Source of the DNA: Owenia fusiformis
Taxonomy: Eukaryota
DNA length: 64,000 bases
Reading direction: 5' to 3'
Assembly (NCBI GenBank): GCA_903813345.2
Contig: CAIIXF020000001.1
Span: 31,682,001 to 31,746,000 of the forward strand
The notes under the pieces are model-generated. The model was not told the origin of the DNA, did no database searches, and saw only the letters and a program-made list of their open reading frames with translations. Position numbers and translations under genes: made by a program. Positions 1 to 13,200 of the stretch are shown here, piece after piece. Position 1 is the stretch's first letter. Every line of letters starts with the position of its first letter.

Positions 1-249
1 CACTTGAGTGCCACTATAGATGACAAACATCATAGGTGATACAAGTTTATTACATCGTTGCTAGTGTAAAAATTGGGAATAATTTGTTTTATGTTTCAAA
101 TGCAATAATGTAAATTAACACTTGGGGTAAATAGTAATTTCTAAAGCGGATATTGTAATTATTTGGAACAAAACATTTCCAGAGTATCATACGCCTGAAG
201 AAAGACGAGATTATTAAATTATTATCTATCAGAATGTTTTCTGAAAACA

Positions 250-601
250 AAACAAGGCACGGGGTGAACAATGTCGTGCCTAAAACATAGCAGTGTGGGC
301 TTGTTGACCCAGAAAGCAAGATGGCCACCGAGAAGTTAATCAGCTGTAGAACTTCTTACCATGTAACATGTGTAAAAATTTGAAGTGAATCCGGTAAGTG
401 GTTTTCATGGAATCGCGATGGCAAGACTTATCTAATCAGATCTACGACGTCTTACCATATAACATTGTGTTAAAATTTGAAGTAAATCCGTTAAGTGGTT
501 CTCCTGGAATCACGATGTCAAGGTTTATCTAAAAACTTCCAAGATGGCCTACAGAATCCAAGATGACCATCGAAAAGTTAATCAGCTCTAGAACTCTTAC
601 C
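250..601 (+). mobile_element. Truncated HINE/DINE-like (Helentron-associated) interspersed element with internal tandem units
   Basis: Starts ACAAGGCACG...CGTGCC (short subterminal inverted repeat). Repeated units AAGATGGCC..GAAGTTAATCAGCT..TCTTACCAT..AAATTTGAAGT.AATCCG.TAAGTGG. Interrupted at 602 by another repeat. Confidence 0.45.
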
Positions 602-1303
602 ATCACGCCTAACCATCGACAAGGTAAAGTGACAAAATATACCGTAGTACACTTTAGATGTACGATGTCACTATTTAACCGATTTGAAGCAAAGACAATA
701 ATGCAGGTGTAATGTAGGTTTTAAAAAATTAATCTTGGGAATACTTGAAAGATTTCATGTTTAATTTCGTGTGTATTCGTTTAGAAAGACATTTAACTTT
801 CGAATAACGTTAAAAGATTTTCGAACAGTACTCGATTTTTTTCGTAGTCAATCTACCCACGAAAATTGATCGGTTGGAAAATGTTGGGTTTTTCACATTT
901 CCTTGGATCATTTTTTCCCCTGTTGCCTAAAAGTGTCGATTATTTTTATGAGAATATGTTTCTCTATAATACACAATTTAGGACGGGTGGAAATTAATAA
1001 ATATTCAAGTATTTATTGTAATTTAAAAAAATCAGAAATGTGCGTTGTCAACTCGAATGTACGTTGTCCCTGTAATTGAATGTAATGATTTCATTTCAAA
1101 AGTCATTAAGGTTTTTATGAGTAACAAGTGATCTTTCACGAACATGCTCAAGTATCCTTTTTGCTTTTTAAAAATAATCGACACTCTTATACGACAGGGG
1201 AGAAAATGATCAAAGGAAATGTGTAAATACACAACATTTTCAAACCGACCAATTATGGGTAGATTGACTACGAAAAAAATCGAGCATTGTTCAAAAATCT
1301 TAA
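602..1303. mobile_element. Inverted-repeat (MITE-like) element, copy 1
   Basis: Arms ~813-948 and ~1168-1303 are reverse complements. The 5' part (ATCACGCCTAACCATCGACAAGG...) recurs at 18515-19060. Confidence 0.7.
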
Positions 1304-1305
1304 TC

Positions 1306-1822
1306 TCGTGCAACAATGGTCTACATGACCTGTAATAAATAGGTATAAGGGACGTTATTATCACAATACTAATGACATTGCTCACTTTTTAAAGTTAGTT
1401 TCCATGCGTTATACAAAAAATAATCGAAATAAATTAATTTGGGATGGAGGGGGATCGGATGGAGGGGGGGGGATCACGTATATATAAGACATGATAAGAC
1501 GTGCTACTTGAATTTATTCGTATGACTCCAAATTTTCCCATTTTTCATTCTCCAGAGACATAATATCCAGTTTCTTACTGGGGTAATGAGTTTAGTTTTT
1601 TCAAATACACGAGTTCTTGTAAATTTGTTCCATCGTAAAGATATATAAATTCCCCCCCCCCCCTCCATCCGATCCCCCCTCCATCCCAAATTAATTTACT
1701 TCGATTATTTTTTGTATAACGCATGGAAGCTAACTTTAAAAAATGAGCAATGTCATAAGTATTGTGATAATAACGTTCCTTATACCTATTTATTACAGGT
1801 CGTGTAGACCATTGTTGCCCGA
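1306..1822. mobile_element. MITE with ~165-bp TIRs
   Basis: 1306-1473 and 1651-1822 are near-perfect reverse complements (GCAACAATGGTCTACA...GGGATGGAGGGGGATCGGATGGAGGG). Confidence 0.8.
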
Positions 1823-2974
1823 TTTATAGCAAAAACATTGACTTTTGCACGTTGGTGATGATGCGCCTTTTTTAATAGATCTCACATCTTAGAAGGGTAT
1901 CAGTTCAAAAAAAAATACTAGATGACCTAACATATTTTGCCATGCACTGCGCCTATTCATTTGGCAATTCAGTTGTAAAGAACGAATGGCTATAAGACAC
2001 CCCTGGGGTCACTTAACATTTTTTGAAAAATGCAATGTCATCAACATCCTTGATATGTAGAATCAAATTGTAGATAAATATGTATGTTTTAAAGAAATAA
2101 CAATAAAAAGCATTCAAGATTACTGATATAAGTATATTTTGGTTGATTTGGGAGGTATGTATCACTTCCTGTGAAAATGTGAATTTTTTATCAGTCTCAG
2201 AAAATGTCTCCAGAATGTATAAACCCAACTTGGCAGATGTCCCATTGTTTGATAATGTCACTCTATATACCCATGGGATTAATATTCTGTACACATAAAT
2301 AGTCATATTTCAATAGTCATTGAGTAGGGATTAGTTATGTTTGCAATTGTGTTGACCTACTTATTTTTAGAGAGAGGAAGGTCATGATAAACTCATGCTC
2401 TGTTCATATAACGCCTGGTTCTTACCTAGAAAGTTATATGTAGTCAGGGAATAGTGTACTTCTAAGGTACTTCTTGAGATATGTACAGGCGCTGTGCAAA
2501 AATGGAACTTTTCTGCAATTTTCAGCATGAAATAAAATGATGTCAGCCATTTTGAAAATCCTTAGAATGATTGTGACAGTTGTGTTTTATATATTTGAGT
2601 ATATTTTCTTTATTCATATGATCTTTTCATGAACTTATATGTATGCTTACACTGGAGCATGACCTCTTGAGAAGCATATATCTTTACCATGGCTCTAAGC
2701 AACATAATAATATGCAATTCCTTTCAATACATTCATATGAGATGATTGCTGTACAATCATTTTATCTTCATGTGACAGGCGTCATTTTTGTCAATGAATA
2801 ATTTTTTATATTATCACAGTTCACTGGCTGATCATACCAATGTTCATATTTAGAAATCCAGCTCAAATTTATTATGCAGAAGAAATACACCGTAAGTCAC
2901 AATCAGTAAGCAGGAAATTAACATTTGCTAATAAAATGCCAAAAGCAAAGTGAACTGTATGTGTGAACTGCAAT

Positions 2975-3270
2975 CTCCCAGTACGGAGACAGAGGGTTAC
3001 ATCTAAATCATAGTGGACTCTCATGAGATCAAGCCAACCAATCTAAACGATATACAGACGACTATCTTCAAGTAGAGGCGAAATATACCATCATTGTTAA
3101 AAAAGAAACATATTGCCTAATTTGTGTAAAAGCCCAGCAATCGGTTTGTGTTCTCTAAATCTCATTATACATGGGTGGAGTACAACCCAGATCCAGACGC
3201 ATGTAATTATATTGATGCAATCACTGGATGGTGTTCTACATGCCAAGTTGGGAGTAGGGTTGTAGGCAAA
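2975..3270 (+). pseudogene. Degraded C-terminus of an ISL2EU/Harbinger-like transposase (SWIM zinc-finger region)
   Basis: Frameshifted translation QSKRYTDDYLQVEAKYTIIVKKETYCLICVKAQ / NRFVFSKSHYTWVEYNPDPDACNYIDAITGWCSTCQVGSRVVG resembles the QAxSYxxEHL...IQSRH...WIxY...IxGWxCxCKxGxRxVG pattern of these transposases (recognised from memory). Confidence 0.55.
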
Positions 3271-3734
3271 AGGGGTATGAAAGCAAAAAGAAATGCACAT
3301 AGTTTGACATTTTAAAATCAAAAGATATGTCTGACATTTTAAAATCAATTAAAGATGATGATAGCTCATAGAATCTCTTATTATAATGAACAAACACATG
3401 AATGTGCTCATCAACAGTTATGTAAAGTCCCGAGTAACTTTTTAGAAATTGTTATATTTTATGTGTTTCCAAATGTTGCTCTTCGTGCTTCCTCACTGTG
3501 ATGTGAAATAATATATTCAGTATTTTACTGCCACTTTAAAAAAAACTGTATATGAGCAATTGATCTCAAGGAAGCAGATCAATATATAATTGATTGATAT
3601 GCATTTTTGAATTGTTAATTACTTCATGTGTTTTTTAATGTTGCCCCTTGTTCTTTCTCATTGTGATGTAAATTAAAAACCTCAATATTCTTTTTTGACA
3701 TAGTTTTGCAAACTTGTTTGTAGACAAAATCCCA

Positions 3735-4215
3735 GATGCAAGTAGAAATAATCTTGATTTACGTCATTAAAAATTCAGTCAAACTGATGTCATATTTGGA
3801 ATCTACATGTAAAATTACATTTAGAAATGTGGTTTTGAAAAGAGTTTATCAACTTTGAAAATTTAATTTTCTTTGAAAATGTGACTTCTAGGTCGGGGAG
3901 ATTCCCCATAGACCCCATGTTGTAAAACCACAAAAAGTGAAATATCTTTTCTTGTGCTGGGTAGAAACTATTTTCTTTTACTGGACATACGATAAGGTTA
4001 GAGCATATAGTGCATTACTTCGGGGACAACCCTCGTATTTTAATTTGTAATAACTATCAGATACATAAAGGTAATACATGAAAAGTGAACCACTAAAACT
4101 GATGCATATTCAAGTTTAGGGGAATTTTGTAATACCATGCCATGTTAATTCCCCCGAATCAGCCACCTGGTGGTGAAACTAGTAACTACCTACTCGCATC
4201 TGAGTAATTGATCTC
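3735..4215 (+). repeat. Dispersed repeat, copy 1 (copy 2 at 24177-25680, split by insertions)
   Basis: Shared blocks ATGCAAGTAGAAATAATC.TGATTT, TTTAATTTTCTTTGAAAATGTGACTT and CAAGTTTAGGGG...GCCATGTTA...AGCCACCTGGT...TAACTACCTACT occur in the same order at both loci. Confidence 0.7.
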
Positions 4216-6553
4216 AATGAAGTATAAAGATGATCACTATTCAATATTTTGTTTGCCTTTTTGACTTGTTATATTTTATATTTTTTCGAATGTTGCCCAT
4301 TATGTTTTACCCTGCGTGTAGAGTCTAGTTAAACTACGAAGCTCTCTTTTAAGAAGTGAAGTCAAACGAATGCAAAGGGTAATTATGTTTTGTCACTATT
4401 ATGTAAAATAATACCAAGAAGATCAATTAAAAAGTCTCAAATGACTGAAAATAATGATTATTTTGATAATAAATAGAAACAGTGACAATAATGATGTGAA
4501 AAAAGTGATTTTCCTTGAAAAAGTCATTTTATATCCTGTACAATTTTTTCTGAATATCTTGGGGGCTTTCTCTTGAAAAAATAAATCTTCCAAATTTGTT
4601 GAGTTTTCTTGCAGAAATCGCCTGATCCCCCTCCATCATTTTTGTACGATCACAGGGCGTGACATAGTTCTCATAGTACACACAAAAAAATTCTGAAACA
4701 AAATTTTGAAATAAATTGTTTTTTTCTGGACCCTTATGACAATCCTTAAATCGGACATTCACTTTCCCTGTAAAGCTCCCTTTCAGTTTCTGAATAGCTT
4801 CAACATTCCCATTAAACCTTTCCCAGACCTAAACTCGTATATTTTAAAATTGTCGTTTTTATACAGCGTCCGCAGCATTCATAAAACATGGTGTTCATGA
4901 TACATTATCCATACAAATTATGTTTGCATCTTGGAAACCAGAGAGTTTCTGTGTGATTTTATAAAAATTCGGAAATGTTTATCCCAAATGAGCTCCCTTC
5001 TAAATATTTGGTACGGAAAAGCTCAATAAACATAAAAAAAAATTTATCCTTCGCTGATACTATGATAGTTTGTGATGTGAGAGTCACTATCATCACTATT
5101 TTCACAACTTTATTGACACGAGGTGCCGACTTCACACATATGGATATATTCGAGCCAAAATGGCTTACATGTAGTTTCAGAAATATCCCTTTAAATTCAA
5201 AAATGACCGTTAAATCGGCACGATCGGTTTATTGATGCAGCACCCAAAATTTCGTCTGCTGCATATGGTTTGTAGGATGATTTTACAACATATGTCTTGT
5301 TTCCAGACCTTTGAATGAGTGCGAATTCAAAGTCTAAGAAACAAGCACCGAGTGGTAAATCATCCACAATTCATTCTAAGTCATGTGCTTTAATTCATTT
5401 CACATATTGCATAAGATTTTGTTCAGTATCACTTGAAAAAAATAATTTATTTACAAGGAAACTTTATTGCAAGTGCTATGAAGACTAAAATGGTCAAAAC
5501 TAGGTCCGACTCTAATCATTTTACCTACATTAGCACATGCCTTGCTATTCCCTATTAATACTATCGGTCATTACTTAAATGCCAAGTTGAAATTATGAGA
5601 GGATAATTAATTTCACTAAATCTAAAAATAACAGTTGTAATTTCAAGATCCACATTTTTTGAAATACTGTGTTCTGACTGGCTGGAATTTGACATACTTT
5701 GCCTAGCCATGTGTGAATATAGTTTAAAAATGATACTCAAAGGGAGAACTTTTCATGAGAAAATTAATACCTTTACATTCTGGTTGAGGTCCGACCCATG
5801 TACAGTCTTTTCCACAGATTTGTTTATCTTGCCCTATGAGTTCATAGAGGGGATCACATCTGAACCTGACAACAGATCCAACCTCCAATGTACGATAAAA
5901 AGCAGATCCATATTCAATGCCAGTTGGTTGGGAGCATGTTGCAATCTGACGTGGTGGACATTTGCAGGAAATTATCCCAACGCCTAAAACACGTTAAAAA
6001 GTTATTGAGAAGCATTTTATGAAAATTGACAGGAAATCATGGAAACTCAGTGTAGCCAATTCCAACCTCGGGAACAAAACATGGTTTCCCCAAGCATTGA
6101 GGAAGAGGAGGGAAAGCCCCAGAGCTTTGGCGATGACTGACATAATACGTCTCTTGCGTACCACCTCGTTTGCACAAATTCTCACCAGTTAATTTTCGAA
6201 CATAGCGCGTCGTCGTGATGTCTTAATCGATGTTAACATATTCCTAACATATTTATTTATTTTGATGTGAAAAACCAAGCTATGATATTGGTTAATACGC
6301 CAGGAATCAACATAATATCATTCGAAGCGTTATTAGAAAATTATGAATCCGCCATTTTTGTTTATCGATTTGGACCAATCAGAGGTGTATGTCATCTCAA
6401 TACAGGTTTATATTATAAATATATATATCTTTGAACTCTGGAGTTAATCCCCATCTTCATTGAGGGTTACTTCCATTTATGATACTCAATGTTGCTATTT
6501 GTGATGCATTAACACATATTCTACTTGGAAATAATAAAGGAACACTTTGTATG

Positions 6554-7190
6554 AATAGATAAGATAAGATAGTACTTTATTGTTCTTTATTGTATCTCTT
6601 TCTGGAGTATTGGTCATTTACAATAAAGAAACATGCATACATAGAATAAAGGTATAATATATATGGTTGTTTACAATGAGGAAACATGGATACAAAGACA
6701 CAAAGGGTATAGTAATATTTATGAGCAGTATATGAATGATCATCACTTTTGATTGGTTTTGCTTACCCATCATGCGTGGTAGGCCTATATAACCCAACCT
6801 GATATATGTCACCACTTTATGAAATGCACATATGTTCGTTGGAACAATCATATTAAACTATGTTATTGACAGAGATTTTTGTGCAATAAATTGTAATTTT
6901 ATACCTATTAACAGATTAATATTTCAAAAATAGTATCTGACGACACACTAATAATATCTTCATCATTCTAAGGAATTGAAGAACTTACCTATTACATACC
7001 AGAAAATGATTGCTTTCATGAAAAATATAATCCCGGATGCTCTGATTTCTCTTCAAATGAGCAAATAACAAAACATTTAGCATTAACGCCTAGACAGACT
7101 TGGGATGTTCAATTAATTTTACATTGAGTTGAACTAAAAGCATTTTACAGTATGAATTGATTATTTGCTTGCGAATGATTGTGTAGATAT
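6554..7190 (-). mobile_element. Old non-LTR retrotransposon 3' relic (possibly L1/Tx1-like)
   Basis: Minus-strand tail AATAAAGTACT(ATCTT)n. The upstream degenerate frame resembles a C-terminal CxxC..EH zinc-knuckle region. Confidence 0.35.
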
Positions 7191-7240
7191 CAAATGTCAC
7201 AGCTGTGGATGGTCTTTTATATTTACAGACTAGAAATCAG

Positions 7241-8300
7241 CAGACTTGCCAATCTAAAATAAAACGAAAATTTTTCGAGAGATTTAAAAAAATTGCGGTA
7301 CTTTTACGGGAGTTTTTTTCAAAATTCGTTTGTTTTGCGGCAGTTTCTTGAAAAAAGCGGGAGTTTTTACGGGAGAATTTTGAAAAAAACTGGAGTTTTT
7401 GCGGTAAATTTTGAAAAAACGGGAGTTTTTACGGGAGATTTTGAAAAGACGGGAGTTTTTACGGGAGATTTTTAAAAAAATGTATTTTTCGCGGTAAACT
7501 TTATAAAAAGACTTTTTTTACGGAAAATTTCAGAAAAAACTGGAGTTTTTGCGGTAGGTTCTGAAAAAACGGGAGTTTTTACGGTAGGTTTTAAAAAAAC
7601 GGGAGTTTTTGCGGTAGATTTCTGAAAAAACGGGAGTTTTTACGGTAGATATCTGAAAAACGGGAGTTTTTACAGTAGATTTTTGAAAACACGGGAGTTT
7701 TTACGGTAGATTTCTTAAAAAACGGGAGTTTTTACTTTAGATTTTGAAAAACGGGGGTTTTTAGGGTAGATTTTGAAAGAACGGGAGCTTTTACGGCAGA
7801 TTTCGGAAAAAACGGGAGTTCTTGAGGTAGGTTTCTGAAAAAACGGGTGTTTTTACGGTATATTTTGAAAAAACGTGAATTTTTGAGGTAGATTTCTGAA
7901 AAAACTGGAGTTTTTACGGTAAATTTTGAAAAAACTGGAGTTTTTACGGTATTAAATCCACACTTATACCAAACTTATACCAAACTAATTGCAGAAAAGC
8001 AATTTGAATCATGGGAATGAAGTACTTTTAATTTATTTATGAAAATATCGATAGTGAACCATGGGAGCCAATCCTTCTTGGAGTTAAGCTATACCAGAAT
8101 ACGGGAGATTTTACGGGAGATTTCAGCAAAAATACGGGAGATTTTACGGCCATATTTTTCAAAAAAATAACGGGAGATTTTAGTAGAAATACGGTACGGG
8201 AGTTTTTACGGGAGAAAACGGTACGGGAGTTGGTATTTTTACGGAAAAACAAAAAATTTACGGGAGATTCCCGTAAAAAAACGGGAGGTTGGCAAATCTG
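7241..8300. mobile_element. Non-autonomous hAT-like element with a 6-bp TSD and an internal minisatellite
   Basis: TIR CAGACTTGCCAA / TTGGCAAATCTG; flanking direct repeat AATCAG at 7235-7240 and 8301-8306. Confidence 0.75.
7270..7951 (+). repeat. 30-31-bp minisatellite (~20 copies)
   Basis: Unit approximately AAAAAACGGGAGTTTTTACGGTAGATTTCTG, head-to-tail with no unique spacers. Confidence 0.9.
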
Positions 8301-8374
8301 AATCAGTAACCTCACGGAGTAGCAAATCGCACGAACATATCGTTCATGATCCGTGTACAGTATATGTCACAATT

Positions 8375-9305
8375 GCTGAAATTACACCAGAAAAAACGCT
8401 AAAATCGCTTTAGTGGAAAGCGCTTACAAAATCGCCATCCTGATTACGCCAACATTTCTAAAGCGCCTTAAAAAATATTATTTGGGAGTACCTGTCATTT
8501 CGCCTCTCCGGTTTTAACCCGGTTTGAAAAGAAGGTGTAATCACGATTGCGGATTTACAAACTAGAACCCTAGTCACAAGAAAACGCCTTAAATCGTTAG
8601 GCGCTTTTGGAGTGCGTGAAATACCGATCTGTTTTTGTAAAACGCCTAACCCGGGCTTTTACCATTTGGCCCTAAACGAAATAAGACGTATTTCGAATGC
8701 TACACATTTGGGCCACCGCAAAAATAAAGGAAATGATGGATGGGACCCAAAAATGCAATAGGTCATCAAATTTATTTCGCAAAAATTGAAAGTAAGTTCA
8801 CATCACTGGCAAAAGTCTTGGTTACGTTTTCTCTTGCTAAAAGAATACATTTATTGTGGATGTACACATCTGCTGGATATTCTCCATATCTACATCGTTA
8901 AAAGTGCACGAAAGGCGTTTTAGAAATGACAGGTGTAATTTCAAAATAAAATTCCTAAGGCGCTTTAGAAATGTTGGTGTAATCAGGATGGCGCTTTCCA
9001 ATGAAGCGCTTTTACAGGTGTAATTCCACCAAATGATGTATGCACGTAGATATGGAGAATATCCAGCAGATGTGTACAACTACAATAAATGTATTCTTTT
9101 AAAATCCAAGAGAAAACGTAGCCGAGACTTTTGCAAGTGATGTCAACTTACTTTCAATTTTTCAATTTGATGACCTACTGCATTTGGTCCAATCCATCAT
9201 TTTCTGTATTTTTGAGGTGGTCCAAAAGCATTCGTAAGACGTCTTATTTCGTTTAAGGCAAATAGTAAAACCCGGGTAAGGCGTTTTACAAAAACGGATG
9301 GGTGT
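8375..9305. mobile_element. Two interlocked inverted-repeat pairs (MITE-like)
   Basis: ~8622-8893 is the reverse complement of ~9047-9305, and ~8378-8505 is the reverse complement of ~8915-9028. Confidence 0.7.
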
Positions 9306-10175
9306 TACAATTTTGAATATTTTCTAAGTCCTCCGGACCCATTCCCCGACTCATCCTTTTATTAACAAGGTGGGTTTTTGAAATTCAGCTCCAATCGTTT
9401 TGAAAATTCCTTCTTGAAAGCTCCTATGTGTACGAGACATCAGCATATAAAAATTTGAGCCAAATTCGTCAACTGGTATTTTATATATATAAGATTAAAT
9501 TTTTGGTGACCTTTTTGTATGTGGTCAAATCCAAAATTCCTTCTCCAGCAGAGGTCCCATGCCCATAAGCGTATAAAATTTGAACAAAATCTGGTATTTG
9601 ATTTATTGACCACACACAAACAAACGGATGGATTTTCTGTATCCGACCCTATTATACTTCGTTTGGTGGGATAATTATTCAAGACTCTGTAAAACATATA
9701 TCGATTCTGTTTTCTTTGTAACCCCACTCAGTAAGGGAACAGAGTGATTTTTTAAGATTATTTTGACTGACTCCCTCCTTCCCCTTTTTTGCCCAGGTCC
9801 AGTTTGGTCCATTTTCTGAACTAGTAGGCCTATAACCGAGGTCAATCCCAGGAGCAAAATGATAATGAAACATCATCTTATTTGATAACTAACATCAATT
9901 GGACTCTTCCATTTTCCATTAGCCTTGTCATTAAGTTATTCTTATTTTTTCTTCACAAAGTTATTTTTTGGGTTTCTTCGTAGTTAGTATACATGAACAT
10001 TTCAGACTTTTGTCTTGATATTGTTCCTTGTAGATAGTAATAATTAAGGTTAATAATACCCTCAGATAATATATCAATATGTACTTAATAAAGTGGTTGG
10101 TCTTCTTCAATCTCTATTCCAATAAATACATAACATGAACGTAATAATTGAAGTATTATATTAACTGCATGGCCT

Positions 10176-10181
10176 TTTATT
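10176..10181 (-). terminator. RPS21 polyadenylation signal AATAAA
   Basis: AATAAA on the minus strand ~70 nt downstream of the stop codon. Confidence 0.75.
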
Positions 10182-10249
10182 ACTGTCTATTATTTACATC
10201 AAATATCAAGACATCATATGGCTAGCTGTCAGGTGGTAATGCACTGTCA

Positions 10250-13200
10250 TCAGTAGTTCCTGAAATCAAAAGTGTCAGTTTAGATTTGATTTGCAATTCA
10301 ACATATTAATATTGAAAGGCATTTCTATAACAGATAATATTCTTTATCACCAGTATATCCATTTGCTAAATTGATGATTAATCAAACAATCAATGCCACT
10401 AATGTCAAAATGGATGTTTATAGTAACGCTTGGTAAGTTAATAGTAACTAAATTGGCCGATTGATGGCTGTCTAGCAGATTAAGAACAGAAAATGAATAT
10501 TTAGAGGCAGTCTACTGTATTACTAATAGAAAGAGGAAGGAAACACCTTGAATGAGGGAATCATAAGATTATATGACATTCCTGACATTGCTGTGACATT
10601 GAATCAACCAGAGCTGATGTCACTACAGCATATAAAACCTCATTCTCATAAAATACATATACTGAACATCGATCAGCATGATTTATTCTATCTTTGACAA
10701 GATCACAACTTAAACATTAACATTCACAACTGAAATACTTACAGAAATAAAAGTTATGATGTTATTTCATTAGGTGTAATATTTGTCATTAACTTATATT
10801 TACAAATATATAGTTAAATATGACATAAATGCTAATTCTAATAATTATTAGAAAAGATTACTTAAAAATATACTCAAGGGATTAGCATCCTCAATTTAGA
10901 ACCAGGGTGTGAAATAAGCAAAGGACCATCCTGACCAGTTTCTTGTGGTCTTGACCACCTTACTTTTATTGAGCTTTTATAGGAAGATTATACTGCAATT
11001 GGTCCATATAGCTCATCTTTGACCAGTATGTCTAAAATCCTTATCACCACACCCTGGTAACAACCAAATGTCTGCAACTGATTCATTACTTTGAAAAACA
11101 TATGATAGGAAATATTGTCATGTTTCAACAAGATACTTCAGTAAATGATAAATACTCAATTACAGATGATGTTTTTTAGCCTATATTTTTGCCTTTGACC
11201 CTTGTATGACTGTATTTATGAAACATTAAGAGACAGTTTTGAGGCTAAAACAATCATCAAAAACATATTTGGATGGATGAGGAATGGCAGATCTCGTTAT
11301 CAATAAATAAAATAACATTAAGGAACATGAAAAACAAAATTTTTTCTGGATGTCCAAATGGAAGGATGGAGGGCTTTACTTGATCCCAATCCATAGTAGT
11401 GCTGTACTTTATTAGAACTTACTTAGCTATAACGCCATCTTTTTTTGCAAGCCTGACAATGCAGTCATCTGATTCGCCCATGCGCCTGATAGCTCCACAG
11501 ATAGCATAGGTCTTGTATTGGCCAGTCATACGCCCAGTGGTGTCATCAACCTAATAATAAAGGTGAAAGTAAATGTTACATATAGTGTCAAATATGACAT
11601 CTTCTATTGGGACCTAGACCCCTTGTCACTAAAAAATAAAAATAAGCATTAGTGGTTATACTCAAGGGGCGAGGAGGAAAATTCTCAATAAATGGTGTAT
11701 AGTTGGTTTGGCAGCATTTTCAGTTAGGGGAGAGTCTTGGATGAAACTTCCACCTAGGTGATAGCTTCACAGAGTGGTAGGAAGTTCTTTTTTTTGAGGA
11801 GTTAGCCCCCCACCCCCCAAAAACACCCCACCCGGGGAAAAAAATTGTTCACAGTAAATAACCTTAGATATTTTGATGTTTGTAAGTGACATACATAGAT
11901 ATTATATATATGAATTACTTGCAGTATAATTGATGCTGATTGCTCCTAAAGAAATTGAATATTAGTACAAAGTGTGTACCCCAGGGGGCAAATTCGTGAC
12001 TCATTTTCTTACTATTTTGATCCTAACTTTTCAATTAGACACTGTAAGAGGTTGAAAAAATTCATGGGAAGTGCCCAATAGCAGGGTTAGTAAAACTGAA
12101 AGATGCAAAGCCATTGAAAAGGTAGGAGCTGAGAAAAAAATTGTTGATTTTTCAAAAAATTTGACATTTTTGACAGCTGGATTTTGTGTATGACTATAGC
12201 TGACCCCTATAGTTTCTAGATCCATCCCTCTATAATGATATTTATGGTTTTATAGTATGGAACTAAGATGTAAAACATAATTTAGATGGGTTTTAAGGAA
12301 GTTAAAGGTTTTGAACAAGTCCAAAATTTGAAAAATTGTAAATATAAGGTTTCAAATTTACATATTCCAGGTATAGCCATGGCTGACCCCTATAGTTTCT
12401 AGATCCATCCCTCTATGATGATATTTATGGTTTTGCCATGTATAACGAATATGTAAAACACAATTTAGATGGGTTTTAAGAAAGTTTAAGGTTTTAAACA
12501 AGTCCAAAATTTGAAAAATTGTGAATATAAGGTTTCAAATTTACGAATTTCAGATATAGCCACGGCTGACCCTTATGATTTTTACATCCATACCTCTATG
12601 ATTAAATATACAGTTTTAGAGTGTGGGACTAAGATTTAACATATCCAAAATGAATTTTAAGGAAGTTTAAGGTTTTAAACAAGTCTAAAATTTGAAGAAT
12701 TGTAAATGTTAGGTTTCAAATTTATGAATTTCAAGTTTAGCCAAAGATGACCCTTATGGTTTTTACATCTATACCTCAGGGATGAAATATATAGTTTTAA
12801 GAGTATTTAACTAAAATGTAAAAGATACCTAAGATGAGTTTGAAGAAAGTTCAAGGTTTTAAACAAGTGCAAAATTTGAAAAATTGATCTCAAAATTGGT
12901 CTCAAATTCACGTTATTCAGGTACAGCCTTGAATGAGCCCTGATAATTGAAGGTTATGAGCATAATAGTATCAACTATGATATCATAGCTTAGGGACCAG
13001 GTGTAGAATATATACCTGTTGCAGCAGTTAGTCTGCTGCATATAGGTGGAGTGAAAAGTCGTAAACTACAGTAAAATCTCTCTAATCTGAATGCTACTGG
13101 TATTTGGACCAGCTAAAAGCATTCTAATTAGGAGTGTTTGAATTTTGAGGTTTTTACATCTACAATACAAGTTCTGAATTTTGAAGAAATATGAATGCAT

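Noticed and set aside
4500..6200. Intact gene or Tc1 transposase in the short ORFs here
   Set aside because: Frames are broken and no diagnostic motif could be confirmed.
7270..7951. CRISPR-like array
   Set aside because: Head-to-tail degenerate repeats with no unique spacers, eukaryotic context and no cas genes.
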